Source: Octopus bimaculoides (taxonomy: Eukaryota). Taken from it: a DNA stretch of 33,084 nt. Numbering within the stretch: position 1 is the stretch's first letter; each line of letters starts with the position of its first letter. The stretch spans positions 172,270,855-172,303,938 of the forward strand of contig NC_068982.1 in assembly GCF_001194135.2 (NCBI RefSeq), read 5' to 3'. Position numbers and translations under genes: made by a program. This document shows positions 11,349 through 21,936 of this stretch, in pieces. The notes under the pieces are model-generated. The model did not search any database. It was not told the origin of the DNA and saw only the letters and a program-made list of their open reading frames with translations.

Positions 11349-12224
11349 NNNNNNNNNNNNNNNNNNNNNNNNNNNNNNNNNNNNNNNNNNNNNNNNNNNN
11401 NNNNNNNNNNNNNNNNNNNNNNNNNNNNNNNNNNNNNNNNNNNNNNNNNNNNNNNNNNNNNNNNNNNNNNNNNNNNNNNNNNNNNNNNNNNNNNNNNNNN
11501 NNNNNNNNNNNNNNNNNNNNNNNNNNNNNNNNNNNNNNNNNNNNNNNNNNNNNNNNNNNNNNNNNNNNNNNNNNNNNNNNNNNNNNNNNNNNNNNNNNNN
11601 NNNNNNNNNNNNNNNNNNNNNNNNNNNNNNNNNNNNNNNNNNNNNNNNNNNNNNNNNNNNNNNNNNNNNNNNNNNNNNNNNNNNNNNNNNNNNNNNNNNN
11701 NNNNNNNNNNNNNNNNNNNNNNNNNNNNNNNNNNNNNNNNNNNNNNNNNNNNNNNNNNNNNNNNNNNNNNNNNNNNNNNNNNNNNNNNNNNNNNNNNNNN
11801 NNNNNNNNNNNNNNNNNNNNNNNNNNNNNNNNNNNNNNNNNNNNNNNNNNNNNNNNNNNNNNNNNNNNNNNNNNNNNNNNNNNNNNNNNNNNNNNNNNNN
11901 NNNNNNNNNNNNNNNNNNNNNNNNNNNNNNNNNNNNNNNNNNNNNNNNNNNNNNNNNNNNNNNNNNNNNNNNNNNNNNNNNNNNNNNNNNNNNNNNNNNN
12001 NNNNNNNNNNNNNNNNNNNNNNNNNNNNNNNNNNNNNNNNNNNNNNNNNNNNNNNNNNNNNNNNNNNNNNNNNNNNNNNNNNNNNNNNNNNNNNNNNNNN
12101 NNNNNNNNNNNNNNNNNNNNNNNNNNNNNNNNNNNNNNNNNNNNNNNNNNNNNNNNNNNNNNNNNNNNNNNNNNNNNNNNNNNNNNNNNNNNNNNNNNNN
12201 NNNNNNNNNNNNNNNNNNNNNNNN

Positions 12225-12305
12225 AGTATCACTTGCGCACTGGGGTCGATCTAATCGACTTCCCCACCCCCAATTTCAGGCCTTGTACCAATAGTAGAAA
12301 GAATT
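12225..12305 (+). mobile_element. SINE family B 3' part (5' in gap)
   Basis: ttgcgcactggggtcgatctaatcgact...ggccttgtaccaatagtagaaagaatt matches 18925-19004. Confidence 0.85.
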
Positions 12306-12475
12306 ACTATTATCATTATTATTATTTATTGCTACAAAATGAACTACAACTAAATTGGCAGAATTAATGTTTTAAACTGAAATAATACATGTGTACGCGC
12401 TTGACGGTTTGTGCGCGTGTGAACATTCATACACACACATACACACACACACACTCACACACGCTCACATGTATA

Positions 12476-13064
12476 CAGTAATGCCTCACTTTGCGAGGAC
12501 CCGCTTTACGAGACCTCATGTTTGCGAGTTTTATTTCATAGTAAATATAAAAAGGTTAAACAGTCATTTTATGGATAGAGCCTTGGAATTTTTTCAAGCA
12601 CAAGGTCCAATTTTTGAACGAAGTACAAAAGTTTCTACTACCATAACAAATGCTTTAGCATGTTATCTAGAAATTTATAGAAAGCGAAAATAAGCTTCTA
12701 AGGAAACAACTCTAGACTTGTTTTTTAAGTCCGTCTACGATTGCTTGTGAATTGGCGATTGTGTCTACGTGTGATGGTGTGCGCGAATCTAGTGCGAGTG
12801 AAAGTGATTCAGAAAATATATAGTAATAATAATAATAATATTTTTTATTATAAATGATCTTGATATTCTTTTTAATTTACAGAAAATATTATTTACTTTC
12901 TACTGTCGTTTTATCGTCGTAAATTTTATAGGTAAAATATTTTCCCGGGAACGAATTACGATTTATAACATTGCTACTATGGAAAATTATTGTTCTATTT
13001 AAAGAGTCTTTGCTTTACGAACGGTCTCCAGGAATAAATTAACTCTTATATCGAGACATTACTG
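12476..13064 (+). mobile_element. Internally deleted Tigger/pogo element (589 bp) with both TIRs and TA TSDs
   Basis: TA|cagtaatgcctc ... gagacattactg|TA (11/12 terminal match). It retains the transposase C-terminus FFQAQGPIFERSTKVSTTITNALACYLEIYRKRK*ASKETTLDLFFK, resembling Tigger/TIGD C-termini. Confidence 0.88.
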
Positions 13065-13120
13065 TATATTATTCTCTCCCATACATCTGACAATATCTCA
13101 GTCTAACTACCTATCTGCCC

Positions 13121-13253
13121 GTGGCAACGTGGTAAGAAGCTTGCTTCACAACCATATGGTCCTAGGCTCAGTCCCACTGCGTGGCAACTTGACCAAGTGA
13201 CTTCTACTATGGCTTGTGAGTGGATTTGGTGGACGGAAATTGAAAGAAGCCCG

Positions 13254-13336
<83 letters not shown>

Positions 13337-13558
13337 TATGTGCGTGTGTATCTATGTGTCTGCATTTGTCCCCCTACCGTCCCTTGACAATGGATGTTGG
13401 TGTGTTTAAGTCTCCGTAACTTAGTAGAATAAGTACTAAGCTTACAAAGAATAAGTCCTGAGATCTATTTCTTCGACTAAAATCCTTTAAGACGGTGCTC
13501 CAGCATGACCGCAGTCAAATGACTGAAACAACTAAAAGAATAAAAGAATAAAAGAATA
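13121..13558 (+). mobile_element. SINE family A, full length with small internal deletions
   Basis: Aligns to 3369-3886; internal (TA)n(GA)n; (aaagaat)n tail. Confidence 0.92.
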
Positions 13559-13699
13559 CACACACACAAACAAACACAACTTCCTTGACATATCTTGGAG
13601 ACCAGAAGCTGATTCCATTTAGTTCATTTATGTTCTAAATGGACATCATAAGCCTATTTTTGGTCAAAAGACCAAAAAGAAATCGACAAGATCATGAGA

Positions 13700-14215
13700 A
13701 ATGAAATGCATCTGGTCGAAGGATTCTTCTTGGCAGTCTGCATTTTTCTGTTCATATCTGCTGCCTATTTATTTCCGGTTTCCTGTCCCTTACATAGAAA
13801 TCACACCCGACGTAACTTTATCTGATGATCAGTTATATCGACATTCCAGAGTTGTATCAACATTCTTCAATGAGACATCAGTACTGATCTTCTTTCACGT
13901 TTGCTTTAGTTAATCCTTATATCACCAGCTTGCAGCTCCTTTTCGACGTGTCCTATTTGCAATTCTCTGACTATAAGCAAGCTGAACAGTGGATATCCGA
14001 CAATTTTTGACCGTTGCAAACCCAATGTAGTTAGTGATGTAACACTTCCACTTCAATACTTTTTGTTGAATCTGCTCTGATCAAGAAATTCTTTATTCAT
14101 AGCATAGTCTTTTGTTGGCATATACGCAAGCTGATTCTCTGCTTTGTCAGATGGAAGTGTTCCAAGTTTTTATGTCATTTCGGTAAAGAGTTCAGGTTTT
14201 ATAATACATACGTAC
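13700..14215 (-). mobile_element. Highly decayed RTE/BovB-like LINE ORF C-terminal fragment
   Basis: Across frameshifts: T*TLYRNDIK..LEHFH (cf. ETWTLYRRHIKKLEQFH), NKEFLDQS, SIEVEVLHH*LHWV (cf. SIEAMLLxxQLRWA), RRKGAASW*YKD*LKQT*KK (cf. RxxGxPKxRYKDxLKxxLK). Confidence 0.65.
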
Positions 14216-14417
14216 AAGCGAGTCGTGGAAACAACCGCTTAGCAAGCCATCAGCTTAGTGCATAACGAAATCAAAACACATACACGCCAATATATGCATG
14301 TGTGCAAACAAAGTCAGATGCGAATTCATTTAACAGACGCTTCAACACTTTAGAGCACACTCAAGCATATACGCACACGCGCGCGCAAACACACATGCCT
14401 TACTCACACACATACAT

Positions 14418-14418
<1 letters not shown>

Positions 14419-14469
<51 letters not shown>

Positions 14470-14578
14470 GTAAGTAGGTAGGTAGGTAGGTAGGTAGGTA
14501 GGTAGGTAGGTAGGTAGATAAATAGATAGACAGGCAGGCAGATAGGCAGACAGACAGACAGGTAGGTAGGTAGGAAAG

Positions 14579-14655
<77 letters not shown>
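14419..14655. repeat. Compound (GATA)n(GGTA)n(GACA/GGCA)n(GGTA)n-GGAAAGTA-(GATA)n
   Basis: Directly visible. Confidence 0.95.
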
Positions 14656-14744
14656 GCTGTTATATGTAACATATACACAGAAATATATATACAGAAGATA
14701 TACGTACAGCTATATTCTTTTCCTTTGAGAGAGCTTTTCGTCAT

Positions 14745-15090
14745 GTCATGTTGTGTCAGAGACTTTGATGTAACTGTCGATAACAAACTAAGCTGGAGTG
14801 TACATATCACCAATAAAATGAAAGGTTCCATGCAGTTTTCTCTTACATCAGTAGAACTTTCCCGTCTAAAGATCCTGATGTCAACATCCTTCGGTTCTCA
14901 ACGGCTTCGCAGTCTCTGTCTACTGCTGTTTACTGTGGATTTGCTGTTTTAAAAAAAATACTAAAAGATGAAGCCCCCAGTGGTAAAGAAATAAATGGCA
15001 TGACAATGACAAGCTTTGATTATTGGAATAAGGTAACCCAATATATGATTTAAAAGACTTCATTAGATGATTATTAAGGTAAACATGATC
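14745..15090 (+). mobile_element. Decayed CR1/L2-type LINE RT C-terminal fragment
   Basis: [18 protein letters not shown] matches the post-RT motif VKDLGVxxDxKLSFxxHI; the downstream similarity is weak. Confidence 0.5.
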
Positions 15091-15199
15091 GGTGACGTTC
15101 ATGGTCGAAATCTCTCTCTCTCTCTCTCCCTCCCTCCCCCTCTCTCTTTCTCTCTCTCTCTCTCACACACACACATATACACACATAAGAGCGAGAGGT

Positions 15200-15330
15200 G
15201 ACAGAGGAAGCTAAAGTCTACCTTCGTATATGTAGGCCACAATAGGATTTGAACTCGCAATGCAATGAGCCACAAGAAATACTGCAAGAGTCATTAGAGC
15301 CCGACGCTCTAATGACTCCACCGATGCGCT
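15200..15330 (-). mobile_element. Degenerate SINE family B 5' part, with a private perfect hairpin
   Basis: aaagtctacct...ggatttgaactc..aatg..gagcc..aagaaatactgcaag...ccgacgctctaa aligns to the other B copies. Confidence 0.7.
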
Positions 15331-15331
15331 C

Positions 15332-15376
<45 letters not shown>

Positions 15377-15994
15377 CACACACACACACACACTGAAAAA
15401 GATATAAATATACATGCAGGATGAAATTTTGAGGTTAATCCGTATGTAAGAACTTGAAAAAAANNNNNNNNNNNNNNNNNNNNNNNNNNNNNNNNNNNNN
15501 NNNNNNNNNNNNNNNNNNNNNNNNNNNNNNNNNNNNNNNNNNNNNNNNNNNNNNNNNNNNNNNNNNNNNNNNNNNNNNNNNNNNNNNNNNNNNNNNNNNN
15601 NNNNNNNNNNNNNNNNNNNNNNNNNNNNNNNNNNNNNNNNNNNNNNNNNNNNNNNNNNNNNNNNNNNNNNNNNNNNNNNNNNNNNNNNNNNNNNNNNNNN
15701 NNNNNNNNNNNNNNNNNNNNNNNNNNNNNNNNNNNNNNNNNNNNNNNNNNNNNNNNNNNNNNNNNNNNNNNNNNNNNNNNNNNNNNNNNNNNNNNNNNNN
15801 NNNNNNNNNNNNNNNNNNNNNNNNNNNNNNNNNNNNNNNNNNNNNNNNNNNNNNNTATATATACGTGTGTGTGTGTGTGTGTGCGTGTGTATGTGTGAGT
15901 GTGCTTATATGTTTGCGTGCGTGTTATCTCCTATTTTGCCAATATTCCAAAATTTAACGCTTGCTTTTGATCGCGGCCATTTTAACGAGGTTTA

Positions 15995-16029
15995 TTATTA
16001 ATATTATTATTATTATTATTATTATTATT

Positions 16030-16083
<54 letters not shown>

Positions 16084-16116
16084 GTTATGACCGTTGTTAT
16101 TATGATTATTGTTATT

Positions 16117-16174
<58 letters not shown>

Positions 16175-16383
16175 CAGCAGCTATTTTAATTCTTGATATT
16201 TCTATTTTCGTTTACGTTGTTTGTTCCCCTTTTTTATATTTCAAGCCATGTTTTGTTACTATTTTTATTTTATTTTTGGTACTGTTTTTTTATTTATTTG
16301 TTTTGTTTCCCATTTTCGCTTCTTTTGCTGTTGTTGTTGTTGTTGTTGTTTTTTCCATTTTTCGCTTCTTTTGTTGTTTTATT

Positions 16384-16416
<33 letters not shown>

Positions 16417-16420
16417 CTAT
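15995..16420. repeat. (TTA)n(TCA)n(GTA)n and (TTG)n triplet microsatellites
   Basis: Directly visible. Confidence 0.95.
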
Positions 16421-16874
16421 TTCTGGTAAACATTTTGATTCCAACTCAAAACTTGTGATAGCATTTGCTATCACATCATTTCCTGACTGTTATCTTCATT
16501 CTCATCACAATCTATTCTTAGCATTTAGACAAACTGCTAAACAGGAACTCTTTGATTTTTCGAAAATTGAAGCCAAAATAAAAATAAAAAGAATACTTTT
16601 TTTTTTCATAAAAATCTTTATTTCTTTTTTCAATTCTATAAATATTTTGTTTCTTCTAATAACTGGTATTCCAAAATGTCGATCAGACAGCTACACATTT
16701 TGAGGCGAATATATATCTTCATACAGAATCATTGGTTTCTTTTTTTACTTTTCTCCTTTTTATTTCTTTGGAATACAAATACATATGCTCACATATACAC
16801 ACACACATACACATTTATGTACACACACACACACACAACATATATATATATATACATATATACATATACATACA

Positions 16875-16918
<44 letters not shown>

Positions 16919-17524
16919 NNNNNNNNNNNNNNNNNNNNNNNNNNNNNNNNNNNNNNNNNNNNNNNNNNNNNNNNNNNNNNNNNNNNNNNNNNNNNNNNNN
17001 NNNNNNNNNNNNNNNNNNNNNNNNNNNNNNNNNNNNNNNNNNNNNNNNNNNNNNNNNNNNNNNNNNNNNNNNNNNNNNNNNNNNNNNNNNNNNNNNNNNN
17101 NNNNNNNNNNNNNNNNNNNNNNNNNNNNNNNNNNNNNNNNNNNNNNNNNNNNNNNNNNNNNNNNNNNNNNNNNNNNNNNNNNNNNNNNNNNNNNNNNNNN
17201 NNNNNNNNNNNNNNNNNNNNNNNNNNNNNNNNNNNNNNNNNNNNNNNNNNNNNNNNNNNNNNNNNNNNNNNNNNNNNNNNNNNNNNNNNNNNNNNNNNNN
17301 NNNNNNNNNNNNATTTTGGCAATTTGCAAGATGAAACTGCTGTTAATCGTAATCTCAAACTGTCTCTACGATTTCTTTTAAGTTATACACATTTTGTGCT
17401 CATACAGCGTGTGGAAACGAAATTCTTTTAATTAAAATTCATCTAAAAACAATCTTTAGGAAAAGAGATTGTGATAGACCTGAAAGAAGATGCGAAGAAA
17501 ACTTCTGAAGAGAAATTATAATCA

Positions 17525-17715
17525 TTTTTGATTTAGGCACAAGGCTTGCAGTTTTGAGGGGGGGGGGAACACAGTCAATGCCATTGGCTTCTGTACTTGC
17601 GTAGTATTTTATTTTGTTGTGATTGTGGAGGGGAAAATATCAGAGTTAATTCTGGCAGCATGTAAAGCCACAGCTTAAAATGCCGGAATGAATACTACAA
17701 GGCATTTTTTGTACA
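17525..17715 (-). mobile_element. Old SINE family B copy
   Basis: tttgatttaggcacaaggc...gggggg..agtcaat...aatactacaaggcatttt. Confidence 0.65.
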
Positions 17716-17807
17716 AAAGTTCAAATGTTTCTTCCAATCTTCCACCTGTTTTGTTTCTAATTTAGATTAATTTAATTTTTTTCTAATTTCTCAAAGTTGT
17801 GAAAGCA

Positions 17808-17973
17808 ATGTGTCGTTTAAATCGGTACCAGTTCTTGACTGATTTTATCGCCCCAGAATGATGAAAGATGAATTTCACCTTGGTGGAATTTGAACTCAGA
17901 ATGTGAAAGCCCGGATCAAACACTATAAAATAATTTTGTACGACGCTCAAACGGTTCTGTTGATTCACCACCC
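17808..17973 (-). mobile_element. Old SINE family B copy lacking the 3' tail
   Basis: ttttatcgccccagaatgatgaaag...ggtggaatttgaactcagaatg...gtacgacgctcaaacggttctg. Confidence 0.75.
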
Positions 17974-18270
17974 TAAACAAAATTAATATTGGTAAACAGT
18001 AAAGGAATTATCGTCAAAAAAATTACTGCAATCAAAACCTAATGTTGAATTTTGGAACACTGGCAAGATATAAGCAGATAAGCACGTATAAAAACACACG
18101 TCAATATCCATCACATCTTCCATCAGGATTGTATCAATCTCATTCTTTTGGATGAGGTTTAGCTAAAAAGATATCAATTTCTTTTCTTGAATTTCACTAT
18201 CTATATATCGTATTGGTTCAATTGGTTAATTCACTCTGAGGCGAATTCACTATTTATACCAATGGTACTT

Positions 18271-18490
18271 AATATTGCTTTCAAGTTTTAGCACAAGACC
18301 AGAAATTTCAGGGAGGGGATAAGTCATTTAGATTGACCCCGGTACTCTACTAGTATGTATTTTATCGACGTCGAAAAGACGAACGGCAAAGTCGACCTCG
18401 GATGAATTTTAACTCAGAACGTAAAGACGGACGAAATGCCACTAAGCAGTTTTAATCAGCGTGTTAACGATTCTGCCAGCACGCCGCCTT
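18271..18490 (-). mobile_element. SINE family B, full length
   Basis: Aligns end to end with 3949-4157. Confidence 0.9.
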
Positions 18491-18689
18491 AAAATATATC
18501 AATAATATTCATAATTACAAGAATGATTGAATCAGTTGAACTGCAGTAGTCAGTTACGCCCCTTAATGTTCTAAGTTTACATTTCTGGAATCAATTTAAA
18601 CGCATTCCTTCTTTAAAACTAAGCAAAAAAGTAGTTTAGCATCAACAAGATTAGTGTTTATAATATGGAACCAACAAACGAGCCTCAAG

Positions 18690-18780
18690 GCAATCATTTG
18701 ATCGATTAAAAGTAGAAGCAAATTCTCTGTCAAAACACACAGTCGTCATGAAAAGGGAAGAACCACTGTGGATATTTCTA
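18690..18780 (+). mobile_element. Degenerate family D fragment
   Basis: catttgatc...gcaaattctctgtcaaa...aaaagggaagaaccac..ggata resembles 25045-25145. Confidence 0.4.
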
Positions 18781-18785
18781 TTCTT

Positions 18786-19004
18786 AAGGGCGGCGAGCTA
18801 GTAGAAACATAGCACGCCAGGCGAAAAGCTTAGCCGTATTTCGTCTGTCTTTACGTTCTGAGTTCAAGTTCCGCCGAGGTCGACTTTGCCTTTCATCCTT
18901 TCGGGTCGATAAATTAAGTACCAGTTGCGTATTGGAGTCAATCTAATCGATAGGTCCCCTCACCAAAAATTTCGGGCCTTGTACTTAGAGTAGAAAAGAA
19001 TATT
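18786..19004 (+). mobile_element. SINE family B, full length, best preserved copy
   Basis: aagggcggcgagctagtagaa...gagttcaagttccgccgaggtcgactttgcctttcatcctttcgggtcgataaattaagtaccag...gggccttgtacttagagtagaaaagaatatt. Confidence 0.93.
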
Positions 19005-19119
19005 TCTATCCTTATTCTTCGAATACTTACAGCTAACTATACTACGTGCAGTAGTAGTAGTTGTTGCTATTGTTGTTGTTGTTGTTGCTGCTGCTGCTGC
19101 TGCTGTAGCATTCAAGTCG

Positions 19120-19320
19120 TAAGATTGGCAGAATCGCTAGAGCATAAAAAAAAAATGCTATATTATTTTCTAGACCTTTAACGTTGAAAATTCAAATCTC
19201 ACCGAGAGTAATTTTGCGTTTCATCCATCGGATAAAATAAAGTAGCAGTCAAATACTATGGCCGCTATAACCGACTATATTCCTGCCCTGAGCTTGTGGT
19301 CCTTAGCATTTGATATCAAT
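19120..19320 (+). mobile_element. Old SINE family B copy
   Basis: ttggcagaatcgctagagc...ttcaaatctcaccgag...ttttgcgtttcatcc...gataaaataaagtagcag. Confidence 0.7.
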
Positions 19321-19339
19321 CAATGTTACTTGTTTCTTT

Positions 19340-19509
19340 AAAGCGGCAGAATCTTTAGAACGCCGGGCAAACTTCTTAGCCGCATTTCCTCCCTTTTTAC
19401 GTTGAGTTCAAATGCAGTCGTGCTTGATTTTGCCTTTCGTCCTTTCGGCGTCAACAACTTTCTCCCTCCACGAAATTGCTGGCCTCCTGTCAAATTTGAA
19501 ATCAATATT
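19340..19509 (+). mobile_element. SINE family B with 3'-internal deletion
   Basis: gcagaatctttagaacgccgggc...gagttcaaat...ttttgcctttcgtcctttcgg joined directly to the tail ccctcc..aaattgctggcc...tttgaaatcaatatt. Confidence 0.78.
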
Positions 19510-19524
19510 AATTGTTTCTTTTGT

Positions 19525-19684
19525 AAGATGGCGAGCTGGCAGAATTGTTAATATGCCGAGTCGACTTTGCTTTCCATCCTTTCGGTGTCGATAAAATAAG
19601 TACCAGTTGAACAGTGGGTCGATGTGATCGACTTCTCCCCTCCCTAAAATTGCTGGCCTTGTGCCTAAATTTGAAATCAATATT
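19525..19684 (+). mobile_element. SINE family B with 5'-internal deletion
   Basis: Head ggcgagctggcagaattgttaatatgccg fused to agtcgactttgc; the remainder is intact. Confidence 0.88.
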
Positions 19685-19801
19685 GCTTCTTTCTTTACAT
19701 CACCATCATCATGGCCGTAATCGCCATCGTCTTCTTCATTAAAATTTTACAGTCACCTCTGCAACACCACATATTAACAGTCTTCTGTTTTTCCTCTACA
19801 G

Positions 19802-19849
19802 AACGGCAACCATATTGGTATAAGATGAGATGTTTCATTTAAACTTACG
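19802..19849 (+). other. Candidate 48-nt exon (all three frames contain a stop)
   Basis: Branch-like ttaac, then tcttctgtttttcctctacAG|aacggc...cttacg|GTAGGT. Splice signals only, no expression data. Confidence 0.3.
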
Positions 19850-20293
19850 GTAGGTGATTTTTATTTTTTCTTCCTTTGTATAATATTTCAGTCGTCTGCT
19901 TCCTGGATTTTTAAAACTAAATTGTTCGTGCTGATCACCAATGATAATACAAATATTATTTATTGTTCTTACATTTCCTGCAATGTTATTTTTCTACCGT
20001 ACTTTCTTCCACAGCCCTGTGTATAGCAGTATTTTATGATTTTGTGTTTTCCATAAATAATCTCTAACCCAATGGCGTTATTTTGTGTATTTTGCGCATG
20101 TGTGCGTGCAAGTCTTCGTGATTTGGTTTCAACCATCCATTTGTCTGCATTTTTGTTATTGTTTTTCTTCTTTTTGTTGTTGTTTTTGTTTTTTTTGCTT
20201 TGTTTTGTTTTTCTCAGTTGCTGTAATGCACTTATGAGAACTGTTTGTCTTAAATCCTGAACTTCTGTATAATTCTATTTTGGGGTTGTGTAC

Positions 20294-20337
<44 letters not shown>

Positions 20338-21109
20338 TAATTGGAGAAATATTCAACTCTGAATAAGAAACAGTATTTATAATATATATATATATATATA
20401 TNNNNNNNNNNNNNNNNNNNNNNNNNNNNNNNNNNNNNNNNNNNNNNNNNNNNNNNNNNNNNNNNNNNNNNNNNNNNNNNNNNNNNNNNNNNNNNNNNNN
20501 NNNNNNNNNNNNNNNNNNNNNNNNNNNNNNNNNNNNNNNNNNNNNNNNNNNNNNNNNNNNNNNNNNNNNNNNNNNNNNNNNNNNNNNNNNNNNNNNNNNN
20601 NNNNNNNNNNNNNNNNNNNNNNNNNNNNNNNNNNNNNNNNNNNNNNNNNNNNNNNNNNNNNNNNNNNNNNNNNNNNNNNNNNNNNNNNNNNNNNNNNNNN
20701 NNNNNNNNNNNNNNNNNNNNNNNNNNNNNNNNNNNNNNNNNNNNNNNNNNNNNNNNNNNNNNNNNNNNNNNNNNNNNNNNNNNNNNNNNNNNNNNNNNNN
20801 NNNNNNNNNNNNNNNNNNNNNNNNNNNNNNNNNNNNNNNNNNNNNNNNNNNNNNNNNNNNNNNNNNNNNNNNNNNNNNNNNNNNNNNNNNNNNNNNNNNN
20901 NNNNNNNNNNNNNNNNNNNNNNNNNNNNNNNNNNNNNNNNNNNNNNNNNNNNNNNNNNNNNNNNNNNNNNNNNNNNNNNNNNNNNNNNNNNNNNNNNNNN
21001 NNNNNNNNNNNNNNNNNNNNNNNNNNNNNNNNNNNNNNNNNNNNNNNNNNNNNNNNNNNNNNNNNNNNNNNNNNNNNNNNNNNNNNNNNNNNNNNNNNNN
21101 TATATATTA

Positions 21110-21470
21110 ATCCTGCTTTCGAGTGCTGGGGCCGAGCTCTTTTCGAGTGTTGGGCCTCACGGAGGCAATGACCAAGGCGGTTAGTATTATGTCATGCTTG
21201 AGAAGAAAACACCATCAAGCCGAGCAAAATCGCAGTCGTGGCAGATACTGGTCTTACGCAAATGGCACCCGTTCCGGTGGCACGTAAAAGCACCCATTAC
21301 ACTCTCGGAGTGGTTGGCGTTAGGAAGGGCATCCAGCAGTAGAAAACCATGCCAAATCAGACTGGATCCTGGCACAGCCTTCCAGTGTGCCAGCCCAGTC
21401 AAACCATCCAACCCATGCCAGCATGGACAACGGACGTTAAATGATGGTGATGATGATGATGATGATGATG
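21110..21470 (+). mobile_element. Retroposon family C (SINE or LINE 3' end) with (GAT)n tail, RTE-type tail
   Basis: ggtggcacgtaaaagcaccc...ggttggcgttaggaagggcatccagc...ccaacccatgccagcatggacaacggacgttaaa(tga)n. Short-tandem-repeat tails are typical of RTE-mobilised elements. Single copy in the window; recognised from memory of octopus repeats. Confidence 0.7.
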
Positions 21471-21936
21471 AATATTATTAAGAATTGTATAAAAAGTAAA
21501 ACAAATTAAAATATTTTGTCTATTGTAGAAGCGTAACTGATTACATTGCACATAAATTTTAACATCAAACCTAAGGGTCATATAGACGCCGATTGTTAAC
21601 TACAGTTTTACACTGATACAATGTCAGGCCAGCAGAAGTGCAAGTCATTGCACTAGTGAGCATCCCAGCAAGCATTCTATAGTTGGTGGGTTTGTGATAC
21701 AGTTACACATAATGTCGATCAGAGAGGTAATTATCGCTACAAAGCAGCTGGTGAGCAAAGACGGGCTGTAAGTCAGCTGCTACCGTTGATTGCATAGCAG
21801 TTTTAGTCCGAGGTTAAGGTTACGTTTGTTTTTTTTCTCTCTTATGCTCGCTAAAGTGTAGAATTATGAATATCACAACGCCACAAGATACCGTTTCTTC
21901 TCCCTTTGCAGCAAGAATAGTTTCATTTATTTATCT

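Noticed and set aside
21893-21915. Strong acceptor tttcttctccctttgcAG
   Set aside because: No plausible donor follows, and a MITE begins 25 nt downstream.
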